A program made the translations under genes and the position numbers. A stretch of DNA of 64,000 nucleotides from Octopus bimaculoides (taxonomy: Eukaryota): the NCBI RefSeq assembly GCF_001194135.2, contig NC_068988.1, positions 33,947,684 through 34,011,683 on the forward strand. The letters are read 5' to 3'. The stretch's first letter is position 1, and every line of letters starts with the position of its first letter. This document shows positions 23,412-37,133 of the stretch, in pieces. The notes under the pieces were generated by a model. That model did no database searches and was not told the DNA's origin. It saw only the letters and a list, made by a program, of their open reading frames with translations.

Positions 23412-25276
23412 TAGAAACATACATACGGTGGCTGTCGACCCATGAACGAAGGAACCACCACAGACTAATAAGAGCATTGTGTACCCAGATAATCTTTTTA
23501 TTACATTTGTGATCCCACTTGTTGTCTAATGAGCTCAGCCCTTGCATGCTGCTTCGCAGACACTGCGTGGAAATTTTACCCTTTTACTGCACATGTTTTT
23601 CTGCACTGATGGTGATTTCACGCATTGTTTCCCCAATTACCCTCCCATATTTTACTTTCTTTAAACGAGAATTTTACACAATCCTTAAATGTGTATATGT
23701 ATGTTTGTGTGTGTGTTTGTGTATGTGTGTGTGCGTGTGTGTGCGCGTGTGTCGAAAGAAAGACAGAGAGAAGGGGCGCTATGGTAGACATATTTGCAGA
23801 CAGAAATGGTATAATAAAGGTAGGTAAGTGAATAATAAAAGTAAGTTGGACAACAGTTACTTCCTTTTAAACGTTGTATATGGAGAAGCTCAGAAGCTTA
23901 GCTCTCATCTAACATTAGCTCAATTTTAAAATTCTTATTACCAATTAATGAACATAAATAAACAATTGTTTTCTTGGGGTGACTGTTCTATTGCACTGTA
24001 CTAGCCAGACAATTGCTAAAATCTTAAGCAATGATACGTAATGAAAATTACTACACTTCATCCGTTTTCTTTTCTTTTACATTTTTTACCTCGAGTAATG
24101 TGCTTTTGCCATTTGATTCAGTATGAAATGGATGAAAATTGAAGGCACATTTCCCTTTTGGTATGTATTATATCTTGTAATAAAATAAAAACATATCGTG
24201 CTTACACAATTCTCGATCAAGTGTTCAAATTTTAAATGTAAAGTATAAACGTTCTGAAGAACATGTAATATGTTCATAACATGTTGAAAATGGTAAAGTA
24301 TATTATTTCCAAAGATGAGTATAATTTTGGTTGGTTAGTGTCTGTCATGAATGGAGAAAATATTTCTAAATAATTGATAACTTCCTGTGACTAAGAAGGA
24401 TGTCGGTAACTCTTTTAATGTTATGCAAACCCTGAACTGATGTTAGTATACAAGACGTATTCAATGTTTCGGAGAATGTTGTTGTAACATTACTTACATA
24501 TTATTCTATATATATTTAAGTAGCGAACATCGTATTCAAAACGTCATGTCTTAATAGCTTCTTCCGTTTTCCGTATAGCACAAGGGTAGATTTTTGTGTT
24601 TTCTACATCTAAACCTATCGTACAGTTCAGTTATGTAGATCTAGCACTATTTAGTCATTCTATGTTTACTAATGTTAGATGGCTCCACACATCTAATTGA
24701 ATGATCTTAGTATTAAAATACCGGTGTGTATGGCATTTATAATTGGCATAGAAATGTGGACGGCACTAGTTGTGACACATTCTCTCAGAGAAACGTCTGA
24801 TAAAAGCCCAAAACATCTGAAAAAAGCTAAAGATCTCTAAGCATGGCGTTTTGAGCTAATTTGCTCTCCTCAGTGATGAATACTCCGGACGTTCTGAGCT
24901 AAACCGGAAAATTCTTGTTTCGATATGGTAAAAGGTAAACAAAGCATTTCCTAATTTTTGCAAAAGCTATCAAGTCTAGTACTAAGTATTAGAATGTCAC
25001 AATTTTAGTTCGATGTTCTTTATTATGCTACTTCAATAACCGTAGTTGTAGCAAACATTAACCTGCTCCAGACTGTTACATATAGAGAGTGAGTAGATGA
25101 CAATAATAATCCTGTGTATCATTATAAATGAGATGAATTAATTAATGATGGACAATAGGATATACATTATAAGTATGTGGTACCAGATACTCAAACAGAG
25201 CACATTTTCACCACATTGTGCTCACCCACACTCATAGATCTAAAATAAGATTTGACAAAGACAATATTATCATCCG

Positions 25277-25353
<77 letters not shown>

Positions 25354-25439
25354 GGCAGATAATTGTATCCAACATAAAATAGAATACAGTTCCTAGCAAA
25401 CAGCACGGCGTAATTTACATCATCGACAAATCTATCATC

Positions 25440-26130
25440 AATCACAAAGCATTCCACGTCTCAATAATGGCCCAAAGTAAAGTATCTACATTCCATCGGC
25501 AATTATAGCCACTTGTAAGTAAAGCGCTTTTCTACACCTACATTAAGCACACCAAAATGGAACACAAAACACAAGATATATTGTCTGCTATCGACACCAC
25601 ACTTTTGACTTCGTCTTTCCACAAGGCACTAGAAAATTAATAAAGATAACCAAAACTTCAAAATGCTGACACCATGACAAATCTAAATTTCTACGAAAAT
25701 ATAATTAAAATATCAAGATTCTATATAAATTATTGCGCTCCTCGTTTTCTTCCTGTTTTCATATCAACATTACTACGAATTAAATCGTTCACCTACATTC
25801 CTTGCTCACCACTTATTAACAAAATATCAATTATACATAAGAGACAATACAACTAATAAATTACTCCCATCAGAACAAGCGAGTGTAGTACTCAGTAAAT
25901 TCATATGAACCCTTTCATATTGAATACTTTAATTATTCGTTCCCTCATCATTCTTATTAAATCACTATCTAAATGACAAGTGTCTAATTTCATGTACATA
26001 CACAATCTTATACACCGATGACATTACACTCACATATATGGACACAGTTTCTCCAACTCGGAATCAAATCTCTAGATAGGATCTTCTCTTCTAAACAACA
26101 GCCTTAAATGAAGATCAGTCAACGAAAATG
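25440..26130 (+). mobile_element. Probable Ty3/Gypsy integrase relic
   Basis: Plus-strand remnants IPRLNNGPK*SIYIP..FLHLH*AHQNGTQNT (H2C2-like), FSSCFHINIT, HHLLTKYQLYIRDNTT, YTDD and QFLQLGIK, in integrase order but with many stops. Confidence 0.45.
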
Positions 26131-26259
26131 TTTCTTTTGTTATTAAATAACATTAAATAAAATATAACGCATGATCACACTCATGAGCATAAACCTACTA
26201 CGTATTCGTTAAACATAAACGCAAGGGGTTACTTCTGCATATGACACCACTGCACCACT

Positions 26260-26525
26260 CAAGCCCTTAGTAGACCATGACAAAATTAGGCAAAATCTTG
26301 CACAGATATATCTGAGAACTCACAGTTGGGGGAAACAGTGTGTGAACCCACTGAATACGTATGTCTGCGTTTTGTGCGTGGGTGGGTGTAAATTGCTTTG
26401 TTTTAACCGTAAATTAGCAGTTTCGTAAGAAGGCGACAATAATGTACTGGGGACGCTTTGTTCGACACTTCGAAACTGTGCTCAAGCACGAACGCCGAAC
26501 AGTGACTAAAACAAGTAAAAGTATA
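26260..26525 (+). mobile_element. SINE family B, very old copy
   Basis: CGTAAATTAGCAGTTTCG...TGTGCTCAAGCAC..AGTGACTAAAACAAGTAAAAG resembles the family B body and tail. Confidence 0.5.
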
Positions 26526-27299
26526 AGCAATATATTACATTTATCATAGATCAGACCTGTTAATAACAAACTGTAAATCTTTCTCCAACATAACGCTGCA
26601 AATTATAAACAACACAAAACATTGCATTCTGAATCATTGCAGGTTGCACACTAACAAAAGACATAGGGGCATCCAGTGATAATTTGGTCATCACTGTGCA
26701 CATGTATGCGTAGTCCTGAGCACGATGTTGGAGGGAAGAATGACTGTTAAGCATACATGCAAATCTCCTTTTTCACGCCGGTGTCCTTTGGTCAAGGGGA
26801 AGAACGCTAACTTTGGCCGATCCAGCTTAGTATAACTGTCGTCACAAGCATTACCTTCAGAACTACAACAGATAAAAAAAATATCTTTCAGAAATTTTTA
26901 GCAATTCCACCGAATCAGTGCCTCGGATTCATTTTTCTTTTATTTAGTATTTCTTTTTTTATTCATTTCATCCGTTGATTGAATCTCAGCTATCTGCGAA
27001 AAAGCTTTCGATAAATATTTTTTTTTTTCCGTTAAGGGGTTAGTATATTTAAACTTACAGTTGCATTCATGTAGTCATGTTTTACGTTGCAGCTAGAGAT
27101 TTATGGACATAGGTTATGTAAGAATTTATAGATGGCTTGAGTGGAATTTTTACTCAGCATGTTGGGAGTTCTATGTGAAGCGGTGAAGCGTGTAATTATC
27201 AAGTAGCTGTCTTCCTATGTTTGGAGATATGATTATACTCTATCGGGTAGTATAACATGCCACTCGAAACCATATCTATATATACCTATGTACCTACCC

Positions 27300-27311
27300 A
27301 TCTCTCTCTCA

Positions 27312-27400
<89 letters not shown>
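27300..27400. repeat. (CT)n microsatellite
   Basis: Directly visible. Confidence 0.98.
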
Positions 27401-27401
<1 letters not shown>

Positions 27402-27783
27402 ACATGCACATGTATATATCAATAATATTTCCAATAATTCAACAATCCAGCCGTCATGTGCAATCATCACGCATATCAAAAATAATATTAGGAGGTTAAT
27501 ATTGAATCTTTAATCAGAAAAGGAAATACTCAATAAAGCTACTCACCCTGTAGCTCCTGGCTAAATGTAGCGCCGAAAATGAAGTGAATTGAATAGAGCC
27601 ACCTATATAAAAAAGCAATAGTTATGGAAACATGTATTTAATATACTATAACTCGCCACAGAGTATAAACGTAGCCAAAAGCAACGCAACGATGTTTCTT
27701 ATGATACTTAATCTAATTTCATGCCTCACACAATTTACTATAATCAATATCGAACACACATACACAATGTATGTGTTTTGTCA

Positions 27784-28070
27784 GTCCGTGGGCAGGCTGC
27801 GATGGTAGGCGCAAGAGAATATATTCTCAAAAAAACACCTGGAGGTCATAAGCAAGTGAGATAACTCACATTAGGTCCCGTCACAGGAGCGATAGATATT
27901 AATGTTTCGTTCCAGTACGTAGTATGGAGAAGTCAGAAAGATGATGAAACATTAATGGCTATCGCTTCTGTAACAGGACCCGATGCGAGTTATCTCCCAG
28001 GAGTTTTAACACCAGGCAAATTCATGGGAATATATTCTATTACGCCTACAATCGCATCCTGCCCGCGAAC
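27784..28070. mobile_element. Foldback / MITE-like inverted repeat, ~127-bp arms, ~33-nt spacer
   Basis: Left arm GTCCGTGGGCAGGCTGCGATGGTAGGCGCAAGAGAATATATTC..GAGATAACTCACATTAGGTCCCGTCACAGGAGCGATAG vs reverse complement of right arm GTTCGCGGGCAGGATGCGATTGTAGGCGTAATAGAATATATTC..GAGATAACTCGCATCGGGTCCTGTTACAGAAGCGATAG; ungapped, about 75% identity. Confidence 0.8.
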
Positions 28071-29499
28071 TTGTGTGTGTTCAATATCACTTATATCTCT
28101 CGGGCTGCTTCTCATTCATATTTGTAATAACTCTAATGTATTCAAAACCTTTTGATATAAAAAAAAAATACTTACATATATTTGAATAATAAAAGTTTAT
28201 GCATTTTCAGCTATAACCAAATTGCCAGCAACACGAATCTCCTCAAACGGTGTATAATTATAGAAACACATATTTAAGCAGAAGCCTCAATGTAAAATGC
28301 CCTTGAGACGCGTTAGTGCATGTAGCTGAGTTTAATTCAATAAATAGATCTGAAAGTTCAAAAAGAGCGTTCACATCCAAAGTTATCGAGCTCAGAATCA
28401 CGAAACATAAAGACCTTTAAAAACATAGAAATAAACGGTGCAACTACAAAATGTAGCATTTATAAAGAAAGAAAAAAACATGTTACAAGTCTCGTGGAAG
28501 AGATGATTTATGCAAAAGGAAAATGTTTGAAATAGTAACAACAGCCAGAGTTTATTATGTGTTAAAGATATGCTAAAAATTTTGTACGGATAATAATTCA
28601 ATTTTCCTCCTTTTAACGAATCCCAGCAGCACAACTAGAAACTGGATGCAAGATCAATTTAAATTGACGCAACAAATATTTTTCCTTAACTTAAATGCAG
28701 GAATGATCGTATTTTCAGAGTATTATGAGTCAGCAGTTCCATCATGTAGCGAGGAGAATCTAAAGCTAAGAAACACATACAGAATCCACATAGGATGCAT
28801 TAATAGAATCTACACATTGTAACACCAAATTAAATATTTTCAAACTTTCAAATTAATATTACATACGTACCAAACGCAACGAATATGCAGTAGAATATTG
28901 AGCAATAACAAAATGGGGAGAATTAAAGAACTGCATTATAGTATTTATTTAATATGACTCCTATATAAGAAACAAGGAATATATATTCCTAAACGCATCT
29001 ACTCCTGTCTATTAGTGTATGTACACACACGTATGATACATATATGTGTATGTCTGTCTGTCTGTCTGTATCTCTCTCCGTATTTATATATATATATATA
29101 TATATGCGTGTTTGTGTATGATGTACGCAAGTACGTAAACATACATACGTGCATATGCATGTACGTTTAAGTACGCAAACACATTTCAGCTATTTATGTA
29201 TGTGTATATGCATATATGTATGTAAGAATGTATGTATATATATCGACATATATAAAGATACATAAAATTATGCACATGCACAATTATAATATGTGTAATA
29301 TTCGTGAGTTTGTGTTTCGTATACGACTACACAATATTTAAAGCATATAACATGAACAGATAACAATAGCTAACACACAGGTATTACATATTATGATTGC
29401 ATGCATCATTATCCTTGTGCATAATCTCGAGAATAAGCGAATCTATAAATACACTTTACAATCACATACACAAACACGCACATGCACACACGTACATAG

Positions 29500-29530
29500 A
29501 GTAATGCGCTATAAATGTAAATACATACAT

Positions 29531-29575
<45 letters not shown>

Positions 29576-29891
29576 NNNNNNNNNNNNNNNNNNNNNNNNN
29601 NNNNNNNNNNNNNNNNNNNNNNNNNNNNNNNNNNNNNNNNNNNNNNNNNNNNNNNNNNNNNNNNNNNNNNNNNNNNNNNNNNNNNNNNNNNNNNNNNNNN
29701 NNNNNNNNNNNNNNNNNNNNNNNNNNNNNNNNNNNNNNNNNNNNNNNNNNNNNNNNNNNNNNNNNNNNNNNNNNNNNNNNNNNNNNNNNNNNNNNTATAC
29801 ACTCACAATTAGTATATTTACATTTATAAGTATGCAAATATATGTTTATATAAATATACATAGGGATGAAGTTAATATGTGTATCCATGCA

Positions 29892-29946
<55 letters not shown>

Positions 29947-30612
29947 GTATCTTTCTTTGTGTAAGCATGTGTTTGTTTGTGCATGTGACTATTTGCTTGA
30001 GTATGTTGCTGTGCATATTGAATATATATCTTTGCCTACGTATGTTTGCCTGCATTTATGAATGCTTTTTTAATCTTTGTAGGCACGTATAAGTTACATG
30101 ATGGAATAACTTAATCCAAACAATAATTACGAGCCTCTCCATTATTATATACAACCGCACAGACACACACACAGAGTTATATACATGTTTGTTTGTATGT
30201 GTGTATGTTTGTATGTATTTTGTATGCATGTATGTATGTATGTATGCATGTATGTATGTGTGTATGTATGCATGTATGTATGTATGTATGTATGTGTATG
30301 TATGTATGTATAATTAGAACTACGTGTAAGTGTGTGTTTGCGTGAATGCGTGTATGTCTGTTTCTCTGTGTGTTTTCGTGTACAAAGAGAGAGAGAGAGA
30401 GAGGGAGACAGAGAAAGAGAGAGGGAGAGAGAGACAGAGAGAGAGAGACTCTCAGCCATTTCCTTATATATATGTTTATCTAGATATGTATATAGATATT
30501 TAGTTAGTGATGTTGGTATACTTGGAGAATACACATAATTTATACACACGTTCATATGTATATATATATATATATACAGTTACACTTGACGAAACAAAGC
30601 ATATATAAATGT

Positions 30613-30710
<98 letters not shown>

Positions 30711-30959
30711 ATGCACGTGCGTGTGTGTGTGTGTGTGTCTTCTCAGTAAAAATATTGAGTTACTCCTCGATATAATTTTCCTTGACTATTTTTACATGTA
30801 AAATATTCTTAATCTCTCAAATATGCTTTGTTGTGGTTTCGTTTTCATGTGCACGAAATTTCGCTATCAGCTTCGGGCATCACCATCGGCCTCACCAGCG
30901 CCTGCATCGTCAATACGTCCACCACCACCACCACCACTATCTCATCACCACCACTACCG

Positions 30960-30997
<38 letters not shown>

Positions 30998-31118
30998 GTC
31001 CTGTGCAGCATTCTTACTCTGCCTCCTATCATCATGAGCAGCAGCAGCAGCTATAACAGCAAGATCATCTTTTCATTATCAGATAACATCAATATCGTCG
31101 TCGCCGTCATTCCCATCA

Positions 31119-31149
<31 letters not shown>

Positions 31150-31570
31150 TAACAACAAGAACAGCATCAAAAATGGTTTACAACAACAACAACAACAGCA
31201 ATAACACCGTCAACAACAACCTAAAAGCATTAATTTGATGAATGAAACATGTTGAGGAAAGTAGATCTGACAGGAATCCCACACAAACATCAACACCACC
31301 ACCACTACGATCACCAGTACCACCATCATCACCATCACCACTATCATTAGCACCACAACTTCCATCGCCATCACTACCTTCGCCACCATGAACACCACCA
31401 CCAGACCAGCAGCTTTTTAAATCCACAAATCTCAACTATAATCGAAACGAAAGCTATACCACAACACAACTACAACCAATGCAACAATCAATAGTAACAA
31501 CGACAACCACTAGCACAACCACCATCCCAACTGCTGCACGTCACAACTGAAACCACAAGTACCGATTCAA
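29500..31570. repeat. Compound microsatellite field: (TA), (CA), (TATG), (GA), (TG), (CAT), (CAC), (CAA)
   Basis: Directly visible; source of the poly-H/I/S/Q ORFs. Confidence 0.95.
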
Positions 31571-31575
31571 CTATT

Positions 31576-31790
31576 GCAAGCTGGCAGAAACGTTAGCACT
31601 GCGGGTGACATGCTTAGCGGTATTTCGTCTGTCTTTACGTACCGAGTTCAAATTCTGCCGAGGTTGAATTTGCTTGTCATCCTTTCGGGGTCGATAAGTT
31701 AAGTACCCGTTGCATACTGGAGTCGATGTAATCGACTTAACCCCCTGCCCAAACGTTTCGGGCCTTATGCCTAGATTAGAAAAGATTAAT
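31576..31790 (+). mobile_element. SINE family A, full length
   Basis: GCAAGCTGGCAGAAACGTTAGCAC..GAGTTCAAATTCTGCCGAGG..CATCCTTTCGGGGTCGATAAGTTAAGTACC..GGGCCTTATGCCTAGATTAGAAAAG, followed by (ACT)n/(AGT)n at 31810-31950. Confidence 0.92.
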
Positions 31791-31855
31791 ATAACGGAAG
31801 CCATAGTCATTAGTACTACCATAACTACTACCACTACCACAGGAATTATTACTAT

Positions 31856-31947
<92 letters not shown>

Positions 31948-32159
31948 ATAGTAATATGTGCTATTTAGTTGATGTTGCATGCTCCTTTGACCCACGAATA
32001 GTCAAGTAGCAAGGCGATGATATGGAGTAATACCACCCTTTAAAGTACGAAATAGCCCGGCTATGGAAAATGAAGAAGGCGAACATAGTGATAGTCATCA
32101 AGAGGAATATCAAGGAAATTAAATTCGAGCGCCCAATAGAACTGTTGCAAATGTGGCGA

Positions 32160-32215
32160 CGGACGAAATACCGCCAAGCATTTCAACCGGCGTGCTAACG
32201 ATTCTGCCGCCTCGT
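32160..32215 (-). mobile_element. SINE family A, head fragment
   Basis: GACGAAATACCGCCAAGCATTTCAACCGGCGTGCTAACGATTCTGCC. Confidence 0.8.
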
Positions 32216-32221
32216 CGCCAT

Positions 32222-32452
32222 CAGGACCTTTTGAGCGGGATAGGCTACTCGACCTGAAGAAAATTCTAACTGGGCTCCACTTGCAAAGCCATGCACTATT
32301 TATCTTGATATGAGATCACGATGTCGCGGATATGTGGCTGCGATGCATGTGCTTGCTGTACCCTTTCTAGACGGGTAGTCATGATAGGTATACTGGGTTT
32401 CGTATGTTTTACCCCTGTGTTATTTTCATGGCATGCGCTGCTCTCTCACTCA
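32222..32452 (-). mobile_element. (AAT)n-associated element, half copy, inverted relative to 39137
   Basis: CAGGACCTTTTGAGCGGGATAGGCTACTCGACC..GGCATGCGCTGCTCTCTCACTC followed by AATAATAATAAT. Confidence 0.88.
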
Positions 32453-32459
32453 ATAATAA

Positions 32460-33000
32460 TACCATAATCACTACAGCCAACGTTAATCGCTGAATTAATC
32501 GCTAGTACCACCCGTTAGTACAAGCACTAACACCACTGCAACCAAAGCCGCAAGCACCACCGTCACAACTATCACAACAGAAATCCAAAACATAATCACC
32601 ACCATTGCAATCAGAACCACAACCATGACCACTACAACTATTTCTACTTCAAGAATCACCACTACAACCAAGACTACAACCATTACTACTGCAGTCAAAA
32701 CTACAACTACCACAGTTACCATCACCACAACAACCAAAGTCATAACAACTACAACTATCACCTCAACAAACAAAACCACAAGTACCAACAAAATCACAAC
32801 AACCAAAGCCAAAACTACTACCACTACTGAAAACAAAACTACTGTAACGAAAACCACAACTACCACCAGTGCCACGAAAACCACAACCAGCACCACTAGA
32901 ATCCAAATTACCTCTCGATACCACAAACACTACCACAACCAACATCACGAGCAAAGGCTCTTCTGTTACTTCTACCAGCATAAACATATCTTCTAAAAAT
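32460..33000. repeat. Degenerate ACN triplet low-complexity tract
   Basis: ACC/ACA/ACT periodicity; gives Thr-rich (+) and Val-rich (-) ORFs. Confidence 0.85.
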
Positions 33001-34111
33001 AATTGCAAAAGATATCAGTATTAACAGGAGTGTTTTATCATAACATAAATGTAATCTTTCTGTCGTGTAGTGTTAGTTATGATATTGCTACTGCTTTATA
33101 ATGGAGCTGGTATTAGTAATGAACAGGGAGCGGCGTTTAATTAATTCAGCATCCACCGCGCACGCAACGTAACTCTTACTGTTTGTTTAAATTTTGTTTT
33201 TTAATAATTGTTTTGTTTATTTAACACTACGTTTGTTTGTTTTTCGCTTACATACTTTTTTGTGAAATTTATATTTATAAATACTAACAAGTCGCAATCC
33301 GATTATGCGTACATGCAAATGAAATGTAGAAACGGAAAGAGATTTATCAAGTTTGAAACGGTCTAAGTTAGAATGATTGAGGATTCTAAAGGAAAACAAC
33401 AAGAACTAAAGAAAATGAGAAGGAAAACAATCTTGTAAGAGAATAAAGATATAAAACTGAGATTGAATAAATATGTTAGAGACTGGAGTAAAGGAGCGAA
33501 AGGAAAGATTTAAGTAATGGAAACCAAACATATGGGAAGCAATAACGAGCAAGAGACGGTGGATTATTGGCATTGTGTGACTATTTGTGTACATGAGAGT
33601 GTAGGAAGTATAAAATAGAGAGTAAGGGAATTATAATTTTATTATAAAATATGATGGATGTAGGTGTTACAAAAATAAAGGTAGTTACGAGAGGGGTTAT
33701 TCTATAAATAGGTATGCATTCTTATGTTGTACTATAATAGGTAGTACCGTATAAAGACAGTATGTATACTGCACACATACACACGCGTGCATATACTGAT
33801 ATGTATGTATGTATATATGTGTATGTGTATATATATATATATATATATAAATTCCTGTTACATGAGACATTTAAGACTGCTAGAAAGCAAGAAAGTATAC
33901 TAGTCCTTTAATATTTAATATTCAATATTTCATTTATTCAGTAAGACATTCATTACTTCATTTCATTTTACTATATATACTATATATTCCATATTCTATA
34001 TCCTACATTAATTTTGTAAGAATATAAATAGAACATAAAAAACAGAATTGGAATTCTTTCGAATAATATATCCCTCTTTACACTATCAAACAAACCCCTT
34101 TTATATATATA

Positions 34112-34712
34112 TCAGGCTGAGTAACAACTAAGCAACGTTTTCAAATGTGAAATTCATAACAATATATTTCAACAATGGGAAAATTTTATTCATCAAAGGA
34201 CCATTACAATCAACAACCCATTACAAATTTTGTTTATTGCGATAACTTTAAAATCTGGAGTTCTGAAGCTGATAAACTCTTTGAATGCACTTTCATCATC
34301 GGTTTGATTTTTTAACTCCTTCTCTCGCAGGAAACCATCAAGTTGCTTTAGAAAGTGATAGTCAGTAGGAGAAAGGTCTGGAGAATAAGCTGGGTGCGGA
34401 AGAACTTCGTAAGCAAGTTCCCTCAACTTCTGGAGCGTCATTAGAGAAACGTGTGGTTGAGCATTGTCATGAACAATGATTGACCTTTATCTGTTGACCA
34501 GTCAGGGACGGAGGAGTAGCAGTTTTTCGTTTATTTCGGCAATTTCGTGGTAATATGTTTCTGCACTAATGGTTTTTCTGGGTTTTAAGAAGTTACAGTG
34601 AATGAGTCCAGGAGCACACTACCAAACAATCATCATAATTTTCTTTTTGAAGGGCTCCGGTTTAGGGAAGGTTTTCGTTGCTTCAATTTTGGCCAACCAC
34701 TGCAAATCCAAT
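34112..34712 (-). mobile_element. mariner (DD34D) transposon, 3' half with one TIR
   Basis: HDNAQPHVSLMTLQKLRELAYEVLPHPAYSPDLSPTDYHF: 34 residues between the second and third Asp; upstream FPKPEP..KKIMMIVW; terminus TA-TCAGGCTGAG at 34110. Confidence 0.93.
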
Positions 34713-34719
34713 TTATATA

Positions 34720-34857
34720 GTTGAAATATAAAGAAAAACAAAAGACGAAGACAGGTGTATAAACAACAGGCAGGTGTACTAGTTTGACGCTCAGGAAGCT
34801 GAGAAAGCCTTTTACGTTTCAAGCTTACGCTCTTCAACGGAAAAGAACGCGAGAGAT
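34720..34857 (-). mobile_element. Repeat fragment with degenerate minimal hammerhead-like motif (Penelope-terminal-repeat-like)
   Basis: Reverse complement CTTTT-CCGTTGA-A-GAGC GTAA GCTT-GAAA-CG-TA-AAAGG; truncated by the gap at 34858. Confidence 0.4.
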
Positions 34858-36099
34858 NNNNNNNNNNNNNNNNNNNNNNNNNNNNNNNNNNNNNNNNNNN
34901 NNNNNNNNNNNNNNNNNNNNNNNNNNNNNNNNNNNNNNNNNNNNNNNNNNNNNNNNNNNNNNNNNNNNNNNNNNNNNNNNNNNNNNNNNNNNNNNNNNNN
35001 TATATATATACATACATACATACATACATACATACATACATACATACAATGCAGTATGTAAACGATAGATGTAAACATGTAGATACCTTGACTTTATCTT
35101 ATGCACGATATCTTCATGGACAGTAGGCAAAAAGTCACTTTCACTCCTTTTGCTCTCAAATGAAAAATGCAGAATTTATGATCCAATAACAAAACCGAAG
35201 ACTCATTCAAGACACAGGCTAATATTATCAAATATCTCTGACTATTCATTTATACACCAGTACATAGGTTAAAGTAATACAAGACTGGCCTCTTTCACTA
35301 TTTATATTCATAAAATTGCTGATGGCGTGCATAAATCGAAGAAACCGATTTGTATATTTTAAAATAGACTTTGCAGTGACTTCTATTATAGTCTAGATGT
35401 ATGAGTGACTGTATCAGTCAGTTCGTGGGTATGCTGTGTATGTGTATTGTTATAAGTGTGTGTGCTTGTGTGGGTGTGTGTTTATATCAGAGAAGGCTAT
35501 TCATGGCTGTAATTCTTATTAAACACACATTTGATAATAACGTTATAAACTCTGCGTCTTTAAATTACTTATGAAAAGAACTTGTCACACCAATCGCATA
35601 CAGGAGAACCCATCGTTATATCAACTGCTAACATTTTAATCTACCTCGCAGTTGGGCGTCATTTAAATTAGACTGTGAGCTTTCGATTTGATGTAAGGTT
35701 ATCATTCCAGTCTATCCACAAATCTTGTTCTGTATGAAATATGTTTATACAGTGAAAATATGTATTTCGAACTATACCTTAGAACTTCTGCATTTTATAT
35801 GTATGTATATATGCATACACATACACACACACGCTCACACACACATATATATGTATATAAATGTGTGTGTGCATGAGTATGTGTGTATACGTGTGTGCGT
35901 GCGTGTGTTGATCCGCCGAGAAACCATAATTTAAATAACTCAATGTGTACGTGCACAGTATCATTTAATATATTGTAACTAAAACGCTCACAATGTCTTA
36001 TACAAAAATATTAAGGAAAGGCTTATCTAGTTGCTATTTTAAGAATCCCGCGTGAACGATACGTGTAAAAACCGCTGTTTTGAGCACACGTTTTCTCAT

Positions 36100-36312
36100 T
36101 TCTTTTCTACTCTAGGCACAAGGTCCTAAATTTTGGGAGAGGGACCAGTCGATTAGATTGACCGCAGTACGCAATTGGTACTTAATTTATCGACCCCCTA
36201 AAGAATGAAAGGCAAAGTCGACCTCGACAGAATTTGAACTCAGAACATAAAGACAGATGAAATACCGCTAAGCATTTCGCCCGGCGTGGCAACGTTTCTG
36301 CAGCTCACTGCC
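36100..36312 (-). mobile_element. SINE family A, full length, possible CACGTTTT target-site duplication
   Basis: All family A blocks present; CACGTTTT occurs at ~36087 and ~36321. Confidence 0.92.
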
Positions 36313-37094
36313 TTCAAACTCACGTTTTTCGTATCATTTCTGGCACGTGTGGGAAACACCAAACATCTTAAATCTCATACAGGTGTGTACACGTTAAAAA
36401 CTGCTCTTGCGAAATTTTGTTGTTAAATGGTCCAAACAATTTGGAGATAAACTTTTTAAAGCAGTTGAATGCATACTTTTATATATCGTTTTATATTTCT
36501 TGACATCGCCATTCAGATTGCACATATAGGTAGGACACCTCTACTCCATAGCAACACTGTTTCCTGTTCTCCCAATTCTAAGCAGGGATCCGACGTAGAA
36601 ACATCTTGGCTCTACTCAGTTCTTGCGAAAGGAGAGATGTAGTTTTCTCCGGCATACACAGAAAGTTAGAAGTTGCTTACGGAAATGTCACAGAGAATTG
36701 ACTAACGCATACAGACTGATAGTGAAGTTTGAATAATGTGAAAACAGCATTGAAGAAACTTACGTAACGCCATGCCCTATAAAGTGATCACTGACATGAA
36801 TGATTTGTGGAGAGAAGTGATTAACATTACCTCAGTGCACTGCTGCACTCCAGTTACAACGCACTACAGATGACATTCGGGTATTGGAATTTCCGTGCAA
36901 AGTGTCCATGACGGTTGTACATCCTGGATATAAGGACAGAAAGATAGAAATGTACTCTAACCTCCTGGAATTTTTCGATCCTATGTATGCTTGTATTCCT
37001 CGATTTGGTGAAAGGGGAGCAAAATTGGTATTAAATTGATATTAAATAATATACAAATTTTTACCCTATTGTTTAATTTAATTTTATATTATAT

Positions 37095-37130
<36 letters not shown>

Positions 37131-37133
<3 letters not shown>

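Noticed and set aside
25191-25457. RFVDDV as a Penelope RT motif
   Set aside because: No other RT motifs upstream; the opposite strand fits an integrase relic better.
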